Program-made: the position numbers and the translations under genes
The notes under the pieces: model-generated
What the model was told of the DNA's origin: nothing
What the model saw: the letters and a program-made list of their open reading frames with translations, nothing else
The model's database searches: none
Shown here: in pieces, positions 37,232 through 50,171 of the stretch
Position numbering within the stretch: the first letter of the stretch is position 1
How the letters are laid out: each line of letters opens with the position of its first letter
Origin: Eledone cirrhosa
Taxonomy: Eukaryota
NCBI GenBank assembly: GCA_964016885.1
Contig: OZ024761.1
Location: 8,308,001-8,372,000, forward strand
Direction: 5' to 3'
DNA length: 64,000 nt

Positions 37232-37349
37232 CAGCATAGAGCTACGGCCCTCCACGCTCCGGGCCCAAATCCCGCCGAGGTCAACCCGGTCCTTTAACCC
37301 CACGGAACCGACAAAACAAGGCACCAGCACTGCGCTGGGACAATCGCTG
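37232..37349 (+). mobile_element. SINE family 1 fragment with heavy T-to-C substitution
   Basis: Colinear with other copies but with roughly 16-18 T>C changes. Confidence 0.8.
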
Positions 37350-38147
37350 TATAGTCGTTTTCTTGAGGCCTGATCGCCGCCGGTGATGGTGGATGGTGGC
37401 TGTGATGGTGGTGGCAGTTGTTGTTGTTGTTGTTCCTCTTGATGTTCATTTCATTCTGATGCTGCTGAAAATTTAAGGCTGTGAGTTTATGTAATATTTC
37501 GCCGGGGTAAATCCACAGTAAGATCAGAAATTAAATGGTACGACGGTTCAGTTATATTCAAATGTTGTAGGCGCGTCCATTGAGAATATCGTTGAGATGT
37601 ATACGAAAATGTAAAGAAATATTTATATCCCAGACAGAAATGTGAATTTCCACTTCTATATACTCTTTATATATTTGTATATACTGTAGTATATAAACAT
37701 TTTATTAAGATTTTATAATAATATATATAATGAATGACACAATGCTTAGAGGAAAGTCATAAAATCACTTATATCAACACAAGTGGATAAGTTCCTTCAG
37801 AATGAAAATATAAACAGAACATATAAATAAATTTACCGAAGAATAACATAACAAATATGTTTTAAATATATACATAAATAACATTACAAATGCCTCGGTA
37901 ACACTACAATGGATGGTATAATGAAAGAAATTCCTTCATGAAAGAAAATGTAAAAGAAGGGTTGAGGCGGGTGGCATCCCGTCCTAGGAAAAAGCTCCGT
38001 GAGATGGGTATTACACGCTGTACCCCTCAGCAATGCCCTCAATATCTTGTCAGTGGAATTGGTAGAGTGGTGAGGAAATAAACGTTCTCTCAAATGATTT
38101 CTTTAAGGTTTCAGCAGTTATTTTACAAGTTTATACCGAGATATTGG

Positions 38148-38978
38148 GAACTGCCTCTTCCCCTCGTCTGCCCAGCCATGGCCGTCTGGTACACCACCAG
38201 ATGAGAGAGCGAGCTTGCCTGACGCCCAAGCTTCGCTGGTCAACATCGCTCGGCTCAGGCGGCTCTGGAAGATCCCACTCAGGATCCCTAGAGCGGCCCG
38301 GGTGCCGGTAGCCGATGCCCTCGTCTCCTTGATTGAGAGCGCCCTGGACTCCAACCGAGCCATCGACTGGGAGCGACTCTTTTATTTCGCTCTCGGCCTC
38401 CCCAGCTCTGGCGCTGACCGGGGCGGCCGGTCGACAGTAGCCTTTGTCAAGGCCAATGTTTCGTCCTTTGGGCGAGCGCCCATTCCAAGCGTGCTCAGGG
38501 ACGCCACACACCACACCCTCGGGTACCTCCAATCCTTCACCCCTGAGGCCAGCGCTAAGCATTTGCGCGACCGCGTAAATGCTAAATTAATCATGGGTGA
38601 TGTCTTGGCCGCAGTCAGAGTGGTTGCCTCAGAGGACACTGTCCTCCAGCCCACCGAGGAGGTCCTGGCTTCCCTGCGACTTAAGCACCCTGAGCCACCC
38701 ACTGATCTCAGACATATACCCCCACTCGACCCCCACTTGGTCCTTGTGGCTTCTGATACAGACACCATGTCCGCCATCAAGTCCTTCCCAGCTAGCAGCA
38801 GCGGAGGTGTTGATGGTCTCCGACCAGGCCAGCTCAAGGAGCTCCTATCCCCCCACTCCGTGAGGCCTGCCACCGTCTTCTGAGTGCAATTGGGGCGCTC
38901 ACCAATAGGCTCATCCATGGCACCCTATAGCCTCTTTTTTTCGGCTATCCTCAACGCCCTGAGGAAGCAAGAGGTGGT
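38148..38978 (+). mobile_element. CRE-clade non-LTR retrotransposon fragment (pre-RT region), copy 1
   Basis: IPRAAR, DWERLFYF, GDVLAAVRVVAS, LRLKHP, SFPASSSGGVDGLRP; ends at LNALRKQE just before the GGxRPI motif. Confidence 0.8.
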
Positions 38979-39716
38979 GGCAGTTGTTGTTGTTGTTGTT
39001 GTTCCTCTTGATGCTCATTTCATTCTGATGCTGCTGAAAATTTAAGGCTGTGAGTTTATGTAATATTTCGTAGGGGTAAATCCACAGTAAGATCAGAAAT
39101 TAAATGGTACGACGGTTCAGTTATATTCAAATGTTGTAGGCGCGTCCATTGAGAATATCGTTGAGATGTATACGAAAATGTAAAGAAATATTTATATCCC
39201 AGACAGAAATGTGAATTTCCACTTCTATATACTCTTTATATATTTGTATATACTGTAGTATATAAACATTTTATTAAGATTTTATAATAATATATATAAT
39301 GAATGACACAATGCTTAGAGGAAAGTCAAAAAATCACTTATATCAACACAAGTGGATAAGTTCCTTCAGAATGAAAATATAAACAGAACATATAAATAAA
39401 TTTACCGAAGAATAACATAACAAATATATTTTAAATATATACATAAATAACATTACAAATGCCTCGGTAACACTACAATGGATGGTATAATGAAAGAAAT
39501 TCCTTCATGAAAGAAAATGTAAAAGAAGGGTTGAGGCGGGTGGCATCCCGTCCTAGGAAAGAGCTCCGTGAGATGGGTATTACACGCTGTACCCCTCAGC
39601 AATGCCCTCAATATCTTGTCAGTGGAATTGGTAGAGTGGTGAGGAAATAAACGTTCTCTCAAATGATTTCTTTAAGGTTTCAGCAGTTATTTTACAAGTT
39701 TATACCGAGATATTTG

Positions 39717-40547
39717 GAACTGCCTCTTCCGCTCGTCTGCCCAGCCATGGCCGTCTGGTACACCACCAGATGAGAGAGCGAGCTTGCCTGACGCCCAAGC
39801 TTCGCTGGTCAACATCGCTCGGCTCAGGCGGCTCTGGAAGATCCCACTCAGGATCCCTAGAGCGGCCCGGGTGCCGGTAGCCGATGCCCTCGTCTCCTTG
39901 ATTGAGAGCGCCCTGGACGCCAACCGAGCCATCGACTGGGTGCGACTCTTTTATTTCGCCCTCGGCCTCCCCAGCTCTGGCGCTGACCGGGGCGGCCGGT
40001 CGACAGTAGCCTTTGTCAAGGCCAATGTTTCGTCCTTTGGGCGAGCGCCCATTCCAAGCGTGCTCAGGGACGCCACACACCACACCCTCGGGTACCTCCA
40101 ATCCTTCACCCCTGAGGCCAGCGCTAAGCATTTGCGCGACCGCGTAAATGCTAAATTAATCATGGGTGATGTCTTGGCCGCAGTCAGAGTGGTTGCCTCA
40201 GAGGACACTGTCCTCCAGCCCACCGAGGAGGTCCTGGCTTCCCTGCGACTTAAGCACCCTGAGCCACCCACTGATCTCAGACATATACCCCCACTCGACC
40301 CCCACTTGGTCCTTGTGGCTTCTGATACAGACACCATGTCCGCCATCAAGTCCTTCCCAGCTAGCAGCAGCGGAGGTGTTGATGGTCTCCGACCAGGCCA
40401 GCTCAAGGAGCTCCTATCCCCCCACTCCGTGAGGCCGGCCACCGTCTTCTGAGTGCAATTGGGGCGCTCACCAATAGGCTCATCCATGGCACCCTATAGC
40501 CTCTTTTTTTCGGCTATCCTCAACGCCCTGAGGAAGCAAGAGGTGGT
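39717..40547 (+). mobile_element. CRE-clade fragment, copy 2
   Basis: Near-identical to copy 1. Confidence 0.8.
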
Positions 40548-40875
40548 GGCAGCTGTTGTTGTTGTTGTTGTTGTTGTTGTTCCTCTTGATGCTCATTTCA
40601 TTCTGATGCTGCTGAAAATTTAAGGCTGTGAGTTTATGTAATATTTCGCAGGGGTAAATCCACAGTAAGATCAGAAATTAAATGGTACGACGGTTCAGTT
40701 ATATTCAAATGTTGTAGGCGCGTCCATTGAGAATATCGTTGAGATGTATACGAAAATGTAAAGAAATATTTATATCCCAGACAGAAATGTGAATTTCCAC
40801 TTCTATATACTCTTTATATATTTGTATATACTGTAGTATATAAACATTTTATGTAGATTTTATAATAATATATAT

Positions 40876-40974
40876 AATTGTTTCTACTTTAGGCACAAGG
40901 CCAGCAATTACCCAGTGCATTACTGGTACTTTATTTTATCGACCCCGTAAGGATGAAAGGCAAAGTCAACCTCG
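40876..40974 (-). mobile_element. 5'-truncated SINE family 1, present only in the last tandem unit
   Basis: Interrupts TATATATAAT|GAATGACAC, which is intact in the other units. Confidence 0.85.
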
Positions 40975-41763
40975 AATGAATGACACAATGCTTAGAGGAA
41001 AGTCAAAAAATCACTTATATCAACACAAGTGGATAAGTTCCTTCAGAATGAAAATATAAACAGAACATATAAATAAATTTACAGTAGAATAACATAACAA
41101 ATATGCTTTAAATATATACACAAATAACATTACAAATGCCTCGGTAACACTACAATGGATGGTATAATGAAAGATAAATTCCTTCATTAAAGAAAATGTA
41201 AAAGAAGGGGTGAAGGGGGGGTGGCATCCCGTCCTAGGAAAGAGCTCCGTGAGATGGGTATTACGGCAATGCCCTCAATATCTTGTCCGTGGAATTGGTA
41301 AAGTGGTGAGGAAATAAACGTTCTCTCAATTGATTTCTTTAAGGTTTCAGCAGTTATTTTACAAATTTATACCGAGAGATTTGGTATTTGTCAATGTTGT
41401 TTATATAGTTGTTATTGCTTAGATTTTTCTATTTGGGAAACCGAATGATTCTCGGCTTCAGACTTAAGAATAATGTAAATAAATTACAGAAGAGGTTATT
41501 GAAATAATCCTTTATTCAAGTGTTTCTATTTTTTATATTTCATACCGATATTTTGTATATGTTCATGTTTTTGTTTGTTTTATTTCTTCTTTCTTCGAGA
41601 TATACTGAAATAGTTAGTCAAATAAGCTATAGGTGTTTAGTACCCATGTTGCAACAAGTTATCTCCAGCGAGTTCTCTCTCTCTCTATATATATATACAT
41701 ACATACATACATATATATTTATTTATACATACATACATATTTATATATATTATGTATATATAT

Positions 41764-41803
<40 letters not shown>

Positions 41804-41827
41804 ATATATATAAACAATTATTATATG

Positions 41828-41955
41828 TTACGCCCCTTTCTGATCTGAGTTCAAATCCTGCCGAGGTTAACTTTGCCTTTCATCCTTACGGGGTCGATAA
41901 AATAAAGTACCAGTAATGCACTGGTTAATTGCTGGCCTTGTGCCAAAAGTAGAAA

Positions 41956-41992
<37 letters not shown>

Positions 41993-42116
41993 TAAAATAT
42001 ATATATATATATATATATATTTATTAAAATATTTGGTCTACGGTTCTTATATATTTGATATATTTATCCTTATCGAGCCCTCTTTGGATTTTAGTCTTGA
42101 AATTTATTATTATTAC

Positions 42117-42160
<44 letters not shown>

Positions 42161-42369
42161 TATATATAAAGATTCAGCGAGAAACGCATTTTGTACTTTT
42201 GGCACAAGGCCAGCAATTATCGCAGTGTATTTCTGGTACTTTATTTTATCGACCCAGTAAGGATGAAAGGCAAAGTTAACCTTTGCGGGATTTGAACTCA
42301 GAATGGAAAGGGCCGTAACTCTATGCGTCAAAGCATGACGTCCGACCCTCTACCGATACTGCCAATCCA
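41828..42369. mobile_element. Two SINE family 1 copies tail-to-tail (41828-41958 plus; 42188-42369 minus)
   Basis: B box, core and tail in both orientations. Confidence 0.8.
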
Positions 42370-42690
42370 ATAATAAGGAGCTGACGGACCCACCATCTTT
42401 ATCAATGCCAGGACCGGTTGTATCTCAGCGCACTCAATAGGCAATGTAGGATACACTCCCAGAGTATACACATAGTTATTCGCTTCAATACAACACACCT
42501 TAAACAGGTGCCTATAATAGTCCCCGGACTTGAGTTTCGGCCGCACTTAATGCAGCAGCAGTGTGCACTGCACCCTCTGTCTGCATATATTATATGTATG
42601 TATATATATATATATATATAAGGCAAATTATGGTGCGCTTTCATCAGATAAAATACAGAATCCCAACAAATTAAATATAACCTCTGCATA

Positions 42691-42740
<50 letters not shown>

Positions 42741-42804
42741 AAAATGTTTGACCCCAATGGCAGAGCTCAAGCCGTTTTGACGGCTATTTCTGGACGCGAG
42801 TCAG

Positions 42805-43238
42805 ATAAGACAATGTCTCTTGACCGAGATCTTTGGCGCTATGCAGTAATACAGAAGACCCGCCTTGCCTATGTACAAAGCAAAACCTAGAGTCAGTAGG
42901 CACCTCTTAACCAAATATACACCCCAATCCACTACCCTTACCCTATCCTCCCACTCCCACCAACAGCACGAGAAAATGAGATCGAGATCGTGTAGATGTC
43001 ACGAGAAAAAAACACAGTCCATGCTGTAATGTGGCCGTGTAGGTAACACGGTAAAAAGTTCCCAGTTCCACACTGTAAATGTGGTTGGTGTTAGGAAGGG
43101 CATCCAGCCATAGAAAACCTGCCAGATAGTCCTATATGAGCGAGACACGGTCACCCAACCAGCCTTGCTTGATGTGGGACAACTCCCGTCTAACCCTTGC
43201 TAGCGTGGAAAATGGACGTTAAACAAAGATGATGATGA
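42805..43238 (+). mobile_element. RTE 3' end (third subfamily)
   Basis: KTMSLDRDLWRYAVIQKTRLA, 3' UTR and (GAT)n. Confidence 0.85.
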
Positions 43239-43361
43239 TATATATATATTTTTTTTAAAGTAAAAAGAAAACAAAAAAGCATAAAAGCGAAGACGCAGTA
43301 CAAATATTATTAGTTTCACACTTGAGAGTGGGAGGTGGATATATATATATATATATATATA

Positions 43362-43945
43362 GGGGGGGGGTTCCGAGGCCATAGTATCTAGAATAAGGAC
43401 TTGTTGGAAGAAGTTTAGGGAGCTGCTTCCTCTGCTGACGAAGAAGGGTTTCTCCCTGCGTACGAAAGGCCAGTTATATGATGCCTGTGTGAGGAGCGTG
43501 ATGCTGCATGGTAGTGAGACATGGGCAGCAACTGCAGAGGATATGCAACTGCTGGAGAGAAATGAGGCAAGCGTGCTCCGTTGGATGTGCAATGTCAATG
43601 TGCGTGAACGACCCAGGATGATGTGTTGAGAGAGAAACTGTGTCTGAGAGGCATAGAATGTAGTGTACGGGAGAGGAGACTGAGGTGGTATGGACATGTG
43701 ATGCGCATGGAGGATGACCGATGGGTGAAGAAGTGCCAGGAAATGCCAGTTGAAGGAAGACGTGGTAGAGGTAGACCACGAAAAACATGGGCGGAGGTGG
43801 TGAGAACAGACCTCAGATCATTGAAGCTCACGGTGGAGATGATGAAGGACCGTGACAAGTGGAGAGATGCTGTGCTGAATAAGACCCATCCCACCCTTGC
43901 AAGCAGGGAAGAGCGGACGTAAAATGATGATGATGATGATGATGA
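43362..43945 (+). mobile_element. RTE family B 3' fragment
   Basis: WKKFRELLPLL, RLRWYGH and the family B tail. Confidence 0.9.
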
Positions 43946-43960
43946 TACACACACATGTAC

Positions 43961-44006
<46 letters not shown>

Positions 44007-44031
44007 ACATATATTTAATATAGAAAAGCTT

Positions 44032-44071
44032 CTACAGGACTAGAACTGTTTCATTCGTGATAAATCATCAG
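44032..44071 (-). ncRNA. Partial hammerhead core (stem I 5' strand lost)
   Basis: Minus strand: CTGATGA-TTTATCACGAAT-GAAA-C-AGTTCTA-GTC-CTGTAG. Confidence 0.45.
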
Positions 44072-44203
44072 AGTGGTATTCATATCTTTTCTGGTGGTAG
44101 GAGAGGGTGGGGATTGGATGGGTGGAGGTCATTGGTTGATGGGTTTAAAGAAAAGGGAATTCTTTAAAAGCTATATTTATCTTCCACGTTAGCATGGGTT
44201 TAT

Positions 44204-44238
<35 letters not shown>

Positions 44239-44248
44239 CCATATAAAT

Positions 44249-44647
44249 CATCATTATCATCACCGTTTTATGTCCATCCTTCCACGCTAGCATGGGTTAG
44301 ACAGGTTGTCCTGTTGTGGGCAGTGCCCGGTCAGCTGACCTTGTCTTGCTCATACAGGAACTGATTTTGGCTTGATTTCTACACCAACCTCATTTACAGT
44401 GTGGGCTGGGTGCTTTTTTTTCCGTAGCACCTCCACGTCCACTTTACAGTGTGGGCTGGGTGCTTTTTTGCTGTGGCACTTCCATGACCACGTCACCGTG
44501 GGAGGATGTGGGGGCATATTGTCTATATGCTTCGGCTTGTACTCGTGGAAAGTCAGGTCTTCTGTATTACTGCGTGACGCCAGAGGTTACGGTCGTGTCA
44601 TCGCCTTTGTGAGGTGTAATTGGGTAAGGTCGGCTTTTATCATCTCA
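44249..44647 (-). mobile_element. 3' end of the RTE split by the Helitron
   Basis: Family A 3' UTR and ORF end; continues seamlessly at 55486. Confidence 0.9.
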
Positions 44648-45409
44648 CTAGCATTAAAGCCCGGCGTTGCTCGGGGTCAGTAAGTTACCAAAGTTAGGTT
44701 GCACCACCCATTTTATGGCAGCACTTTTTTGTCTGCCAGACACTGGGTGAATGAATTGCAGACCTGGACTGCCGAAGCAGGAGCTGCGCCAGCAGTGACA
44801 ATTGTAGTTTCACCTATTGATATTATCTCTGTGCAAAGAAGTGTTCAAATTTATTGTTTCACAGTTCTTGCGCAACACGCGCGTAGACAATGCCAGCCGA
44901 ACAACAGAGCTGCGATGGAGTTGTTCTGCATGACATGTTTTAACGGAGGAGGGGGCGGAATGAGGGAACCGCAGCAGGGGCCTGAAAACATTGTCGAATT
45001 ATGACAACCAAAAAAGTGGAAGTGGGGTCATTGTATGGTTGGTGCATCATGTACGTCAGACGTAGAAGATGAGCCTGCTGCTGTGCCGACGGAGGGAGGG
45101 AAATAGAGCTGAGTGGAGGCCAGGTGTTGGTGAAGTGTGAAGTAATTGCAGGGAACCGCCTAAAAATGTAAATCCCGTCATTAAAGCATTGTTCACCCTT
45201 TAAGAGTCGTATGGATGTGAAATACTAACCTGTCCACGGTCCTCCGAGGCCCACCAAACGGGGGTCGGTGAGGAGCAACAGCTGATATTTGAGTAGGGTC
45301 GGAGTTGCAATGAAGCTTTGTAACGCCGCGAGAATCAGCCTTTGTACGGCAGATGGTGGTGGGGAGTGTCCAGTGCACTGCAGTGAAGGTTATCCTACTT
45401 AGAAAGTAC

Positions 45410-48400
45410 TCACGAAAAGGCAAAAAATAAAATAAATAAAAAAGTTATAAAATTAGGAAGCGAGGTAATCCTATGAAACCTCCTTGTACACAATGTTTTT
45501 TTTATTTTTCCTTGCGGAACGAACGCGAAATCATCACTCTTGCTGCCGACACGCGAGCAGCCAACGTAAAGCTGACCATGAGAGAAACATGGCTCCCCCA
45601 AATGTATTCCCGCGACAGACAGTGTTTTCCCCTGCGTTTTGTTAATTGACATTGCGAAGCATGGCCTGACCGGGAACTGGGACCTCCAAAATGTGAAAGG
45701 TAGGTCTGCTCCTGATGGGAAAAGATGCATCCTCAGTATGAGCACAACCTTGCCCCGACCGTACCCTGTGATTATCGTGGCCTCAATCAGATTGGGAGCT
45801 AAGGACTTAACGACCAAACGTGTCCCATTGCATTGTTTCGGCGGAACCAAATTTCGAATGAGCATTATAGGGGCACCAACTTTAAGTTTCAAAATGCGTG
45901 GGGGTAATCCGGGGGCTCAAAGGAATTTAGTACCTCTATTGGATAGTTGATGACGTCCTCGGGGTCAGGAGTTCTATCGATAGACATATACGTAGCCATC
46001 CCCAGGAATGAGCTGTAGCACACTACTGCTCTAACAGACGACAAGGACTTCCTAATAATCACAGGAGATTTTAACGGACACATAGGTAAACACTGCGATG
46101 GCTTCAATAGAGTACATGGAAGCCATGGGGTTGGCACAAGAAATGAGGAAGGATTCAGACTTCTAGAATTCTGCGACGCCAATGACATGTCGATATGTAA
46201 CACAAACTTTAAAAAACCCGACAACCACCTGATCACCTATAGATCAGGGGAGCACTCCAGTCAGATAGATTTTATCCTCATCAGAGGACGTGACAGATGG
46301 ACGGTCGTAAACACAAAAGCCTTCCCTAGTGAGGAATGTACATCCCAACACAGCTTAGTTGTCAGCGACCTCACGGTCAGAACTAGACGAACCTGGAAAC
46401 AGAGGCCAACCTGGAGAAGAAAGATCTGGAAGCTGAAAGTCCCCAAAACCAGTAACAGATTTAAAGATATTTTACTCAACGCCTACGACAGTAAAGAAGA
46501 ACAGATAGAGACATTTAATGTAGAAGAGAACTGGGAGTTCCTAAAAAATAATTTACTAGAGGCGACGGATGAGCTCTGTGGCTGGAGTAAGACCTCAAGC
46601 AGGAGGAGAGTGACTTGGTGGTGGAACAATAAGGTAGATGAAGCAGTTAAGGCCAAGAGACAGGCATGGAAAGAATTGAAGAACGGAGGGAGCAGGGTAC
46701 ATTACATAGAGACCAAGAGGGAAGCTAGGCGACAAGTATACTTAGCTAGGAGGGAAGCAGAGGATAGAAAATTCAAGCATGTTTTGCAACGTGAGGACCA
46801 GAAACAGGAGGTGTTTAAGATTGCGAGGCAGTGTGTCAGAGATAGTTGTGATGTCATTGGAGAGAAGTGTATCCAGAATGATAAAGGTGAGCTTGCCCTT
46901 ACAAGTGCTGAGAAGAAAGATGCATGGAAGAGTAATTATGATAGATTACTAAATGAGGAGAATGCATGGGAAGAAGAGACCCTACCCCAAGTAAACCGTA
47001 TAGAGGGGCCAGCAGTACAAGTCAGCAGCAACGTAGTAAGTAAGACAATCAAAGATATGAAGATGGGGAAGGCAACCGGTCCATCGGGTATAGCTGCTGA
47101 GATGCTGAAGGCATCTGGGTCTGTAGGTCACACTATAACCACACGTATTGTTAACCAGGTAATACTAGAAGGTGTCATACCAAAAAATTGATGCAGTAGC
47201 ATCATTGTCAACTGCTACAAAGGTAAAGGCGATGCACTAGATAGAGGAAACTATAGAGGTATAAAGTTGATGGACCAGGTCATGAAAATAACAGAAAGAG
47301 TTATAGCACAGTTGATTAGGGACCGGGTGAAAATAGACGAGATGCAATTTGGGTTTGTACCAGGAAGAGGCACCCCTGATGCCCTCTTCCTTGTGAGGCA
47401 GTTACAGGAAAAGTACCTAGCTAAAAGTAAGCCACTCTACTTGGCATTTGTCGACCTTGAGAAAGCCTTTGACAGAGTTCCACGTGCTGTAATCTGGTGG
47501 GCTCTTAGAAAACTAGGAGTTGATGAATGGCTTGTGAAAGCGGTACAAGCCATGTATAGGGGAGCAGTCAGCAAAGTTAGGATTAGCAATGAGTATAGCG
47601 AGGAATTTAGCGTACAGGTTGGGGTCCACCAGGGCTCTGTTCTTAGCCCCCTCCTGTTCATCATAGTCCTGCAGGCAATAACGGAGGAGTTTAAGACCGG
47701 ATGCCCATGGGAACTCCTGTATGCTGATGACCTCGCACTCATAGCTGAATCTATGGTAGAACTAGAGAATAAATTCCAAACTTGGAAGCAGGGACTAGAG
47801 AGAAAGGGTCTCAAAGTCAACATGACAAAGACTAAGGTTCTTGTAAGTAGACGAGAAAACAGAACCCAGATCTCCTCAGGGAAATGGCCTTGCTCAGTAT
47901 GTAGGAAAGGTGTAGGTAGGAACTCCATTCTCTGCCCCAAATGCAAACAATGGGTACACAAGAGATGTAGCGGGATCTCAGGAAGCTTAATTAAGAATGT
48001 AGGCTTTACATGCAACAGCTGTGCTGAGACAGCAGGCAGCAAACAGCCACAGGAAACAAGTACCACCAATCTCTGGGAGGGCTCTGTAGAAACAGTAGAC
48101 AGCTTCTACTACCTAGGTGACCGAATTAGCAGCGGAGGTGAGTGTTCAGAAAGTACAATAACTAGGGTAAGAACGGGATGGAAGAAGTTTAGGGAACTAC
48201 TACCACTGCTAGCTGCAAAAGGCTTCTCCCTCAGAATGAAAGGCAGACTGTATGATGCGTGTATCCGAACAGCGATGTTGCATGGTAGTGAGACCTGGGC
48301 GCTGAAGGTGGAAGACTTACGTAGATTAGAGAGAAACGAAGCCTGCATGCTCCGATGGATGTGTAACAGTAATATAGTGAACGACAAATCATAAATGAAT

Positions 48401-49700
48401 TGAGAGAGAGACTGAGCATAAGAGGAATCAAATGCTGTGTGCAGGAGAGGCAGTTGCGCTGGTATGGACATGTGATGTGTATGAAGGATGACAGCTGCAT
48501 AAAAAGGTGCAGAGCACTAGAAGTTGATGGAAACCGCGGAGTGAGGAGACCCAAGATGACCTGGGATGAGGTGATAAAAGCTGACCTTACCCAATTACAC
48601 CTCTCAAAGGCAATGACACACGACCGTGACCTCTGGCTTCATGCAGTAATACAGAGTACCCGACCTCCCATGGGTACAAGCTGAAGCATATAGACAATAT
48701 GCCCCCACACCCCCCACCGCAAGGTGGTCGTGGAGGTGCCACGGCAAAACAAGCACCCAGCCCACACTGTAAAGTGGACGTGTAGGCGCCACAAAAAAGC
48801 ACCCAGCACTCACTGTAAATGAGGTTGGTGTTAGGAAGGGCATCCAGCTGTAGAAATCAAGCCAAATCAGTTCCTGTATGGGCAAGGCATGGTCAGTCGA
48901 CCAGACACTGCCCACAACAGGACAACCCGTCTAACCCATGCTAGCGTGGAAGAACGGACGTAAAACGATGATGATGATGATCATCATCATTAATATGGTT
49001 AACAGTTTTATTCCTCGGGGCCAGAATAGCCCTTTGGCCAAGCCAATCCATATTCTGATAATTTGTTTGGAGATCTGGGAACACTGCATCCCTGAGATCA
49101 GAAGGCGTACTAACAACGGTACAAAGTGAGTCGATGGCAATATTACCCTTTTCATCCCCGGGCGTTTTGCCTTCGCCAAGTGCAAGGAGGGTGTGAGAAA
49201 ATGCAGCTGATGTGATATCACCTCGCATATAGGCACGCATGGTTAGTGTGAAGTTTCAGAGTCTTCACCAAGGGCCACAATGCGGATGACTTAAGACACG
49301 CATGTACTGCATCAGCTCCAGTCCCCTTGGGAATAACGGGAAGCGTTTGCCTGAAATTCCCTGAAAGAAGAAGTGTTATGCCTCCTATTGGATCCGTAGA
49401 GTCTTTGATGTCTCTCAGAGTTCTATCGAGCGCCTCAAGAGCACCTCTGTGGGCCATTGTGCATTCATCCCAAACGACAAGCTTGCATTGTCTGAACACT
49501 TCTGCCTGATCGGAGCTCTTACTGATGTTGCAAGTGGGTGTCTCAGTCTTCGCTAGGTCAAGCGGGAGCTTGAAATAGGAGTGACCTGTCCTGCCGCCCG
49601 GCAACAAAGTAGCCGCAATTCCAGAAGATGCCACAGCTAAGGCAATGCCTTCTGTTCACCTAATCTCAGCTAATATTAATTTGGTCACAAAAGTTTTCCC

Positions 49701-49733
<33 letters not shown>

Positions 49734-50170
49734 AGGAGCGTCCAGGAAAAAAATCCCCCCAGCTTTGCCCCGGACAGAATTAACAACGGAGTTGTAAGCA
49801 AATTTCTGTTCTGGAAGGAGCTTTGGCTCATTCTCCGCTATGTACTGGGCAAGCTCGTCAACATTATAAGATGTCTCACTCAGCAAATCCGAAGACAGAG
49901 TGTTTGCGCCTTCTCAGTTTGTTGAAGGTAGGCCATACACAGCCAACGCACTACCGCCCATATCGAGAACAGTATCTTCAATTTCAAGCAGCGCCCTGTT
50001 GTAAATGAGGTCACTGTACCCGACCTCCATCGATGGGTTTAGCAACTGAGCGTGACGCAGGAAATCTTCAGACATGTAATCTTTGTAGCTCAGCCATAAA
50101 GAGGCTGGATCACCCAAGTCGCACCATAGGAGTAGAATAGCGAAAAGGGATCTTAGTCTTTTAGGAGATT
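45410..50170 (-). pseudogene. Helitron PIF1-like helicase domain (split by the RTE at 46021-48980)
   Basis: FLDAPG..GTGKT, ASSGIAATLL, VWDECTM, GNFRQTLPV, ILAPRN, CNGTRL, QFPVRPCFAMSINKTQG and FSHGQLYVGCSRV. Confidence 0.93.
46021..48980 (+). mobile_element. RTE family A LINE nested in the Helitron helicase
   Basis: GDFNGHIG, SQIDFIL, TWWWN, NYRGIKL, ELLYADD, 3' UTR and (GAT)n. Few disablements (stop at 47189, frameshift ~48380). Confidence 0.95.
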
Positions 50171-50171
50171 T

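Larger units (their letters stand above)
37406..41400. repeat. 1569-bp tandem duplication (two full units plus a partial third)
   Basis: Near-identical ORFs at 38215 and 39784. Each unit is (GTT)n plus an AT-rich block plus a CRE fragment. A related AT-rich copy lies at 35670-36105. Confidence 0.95.
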
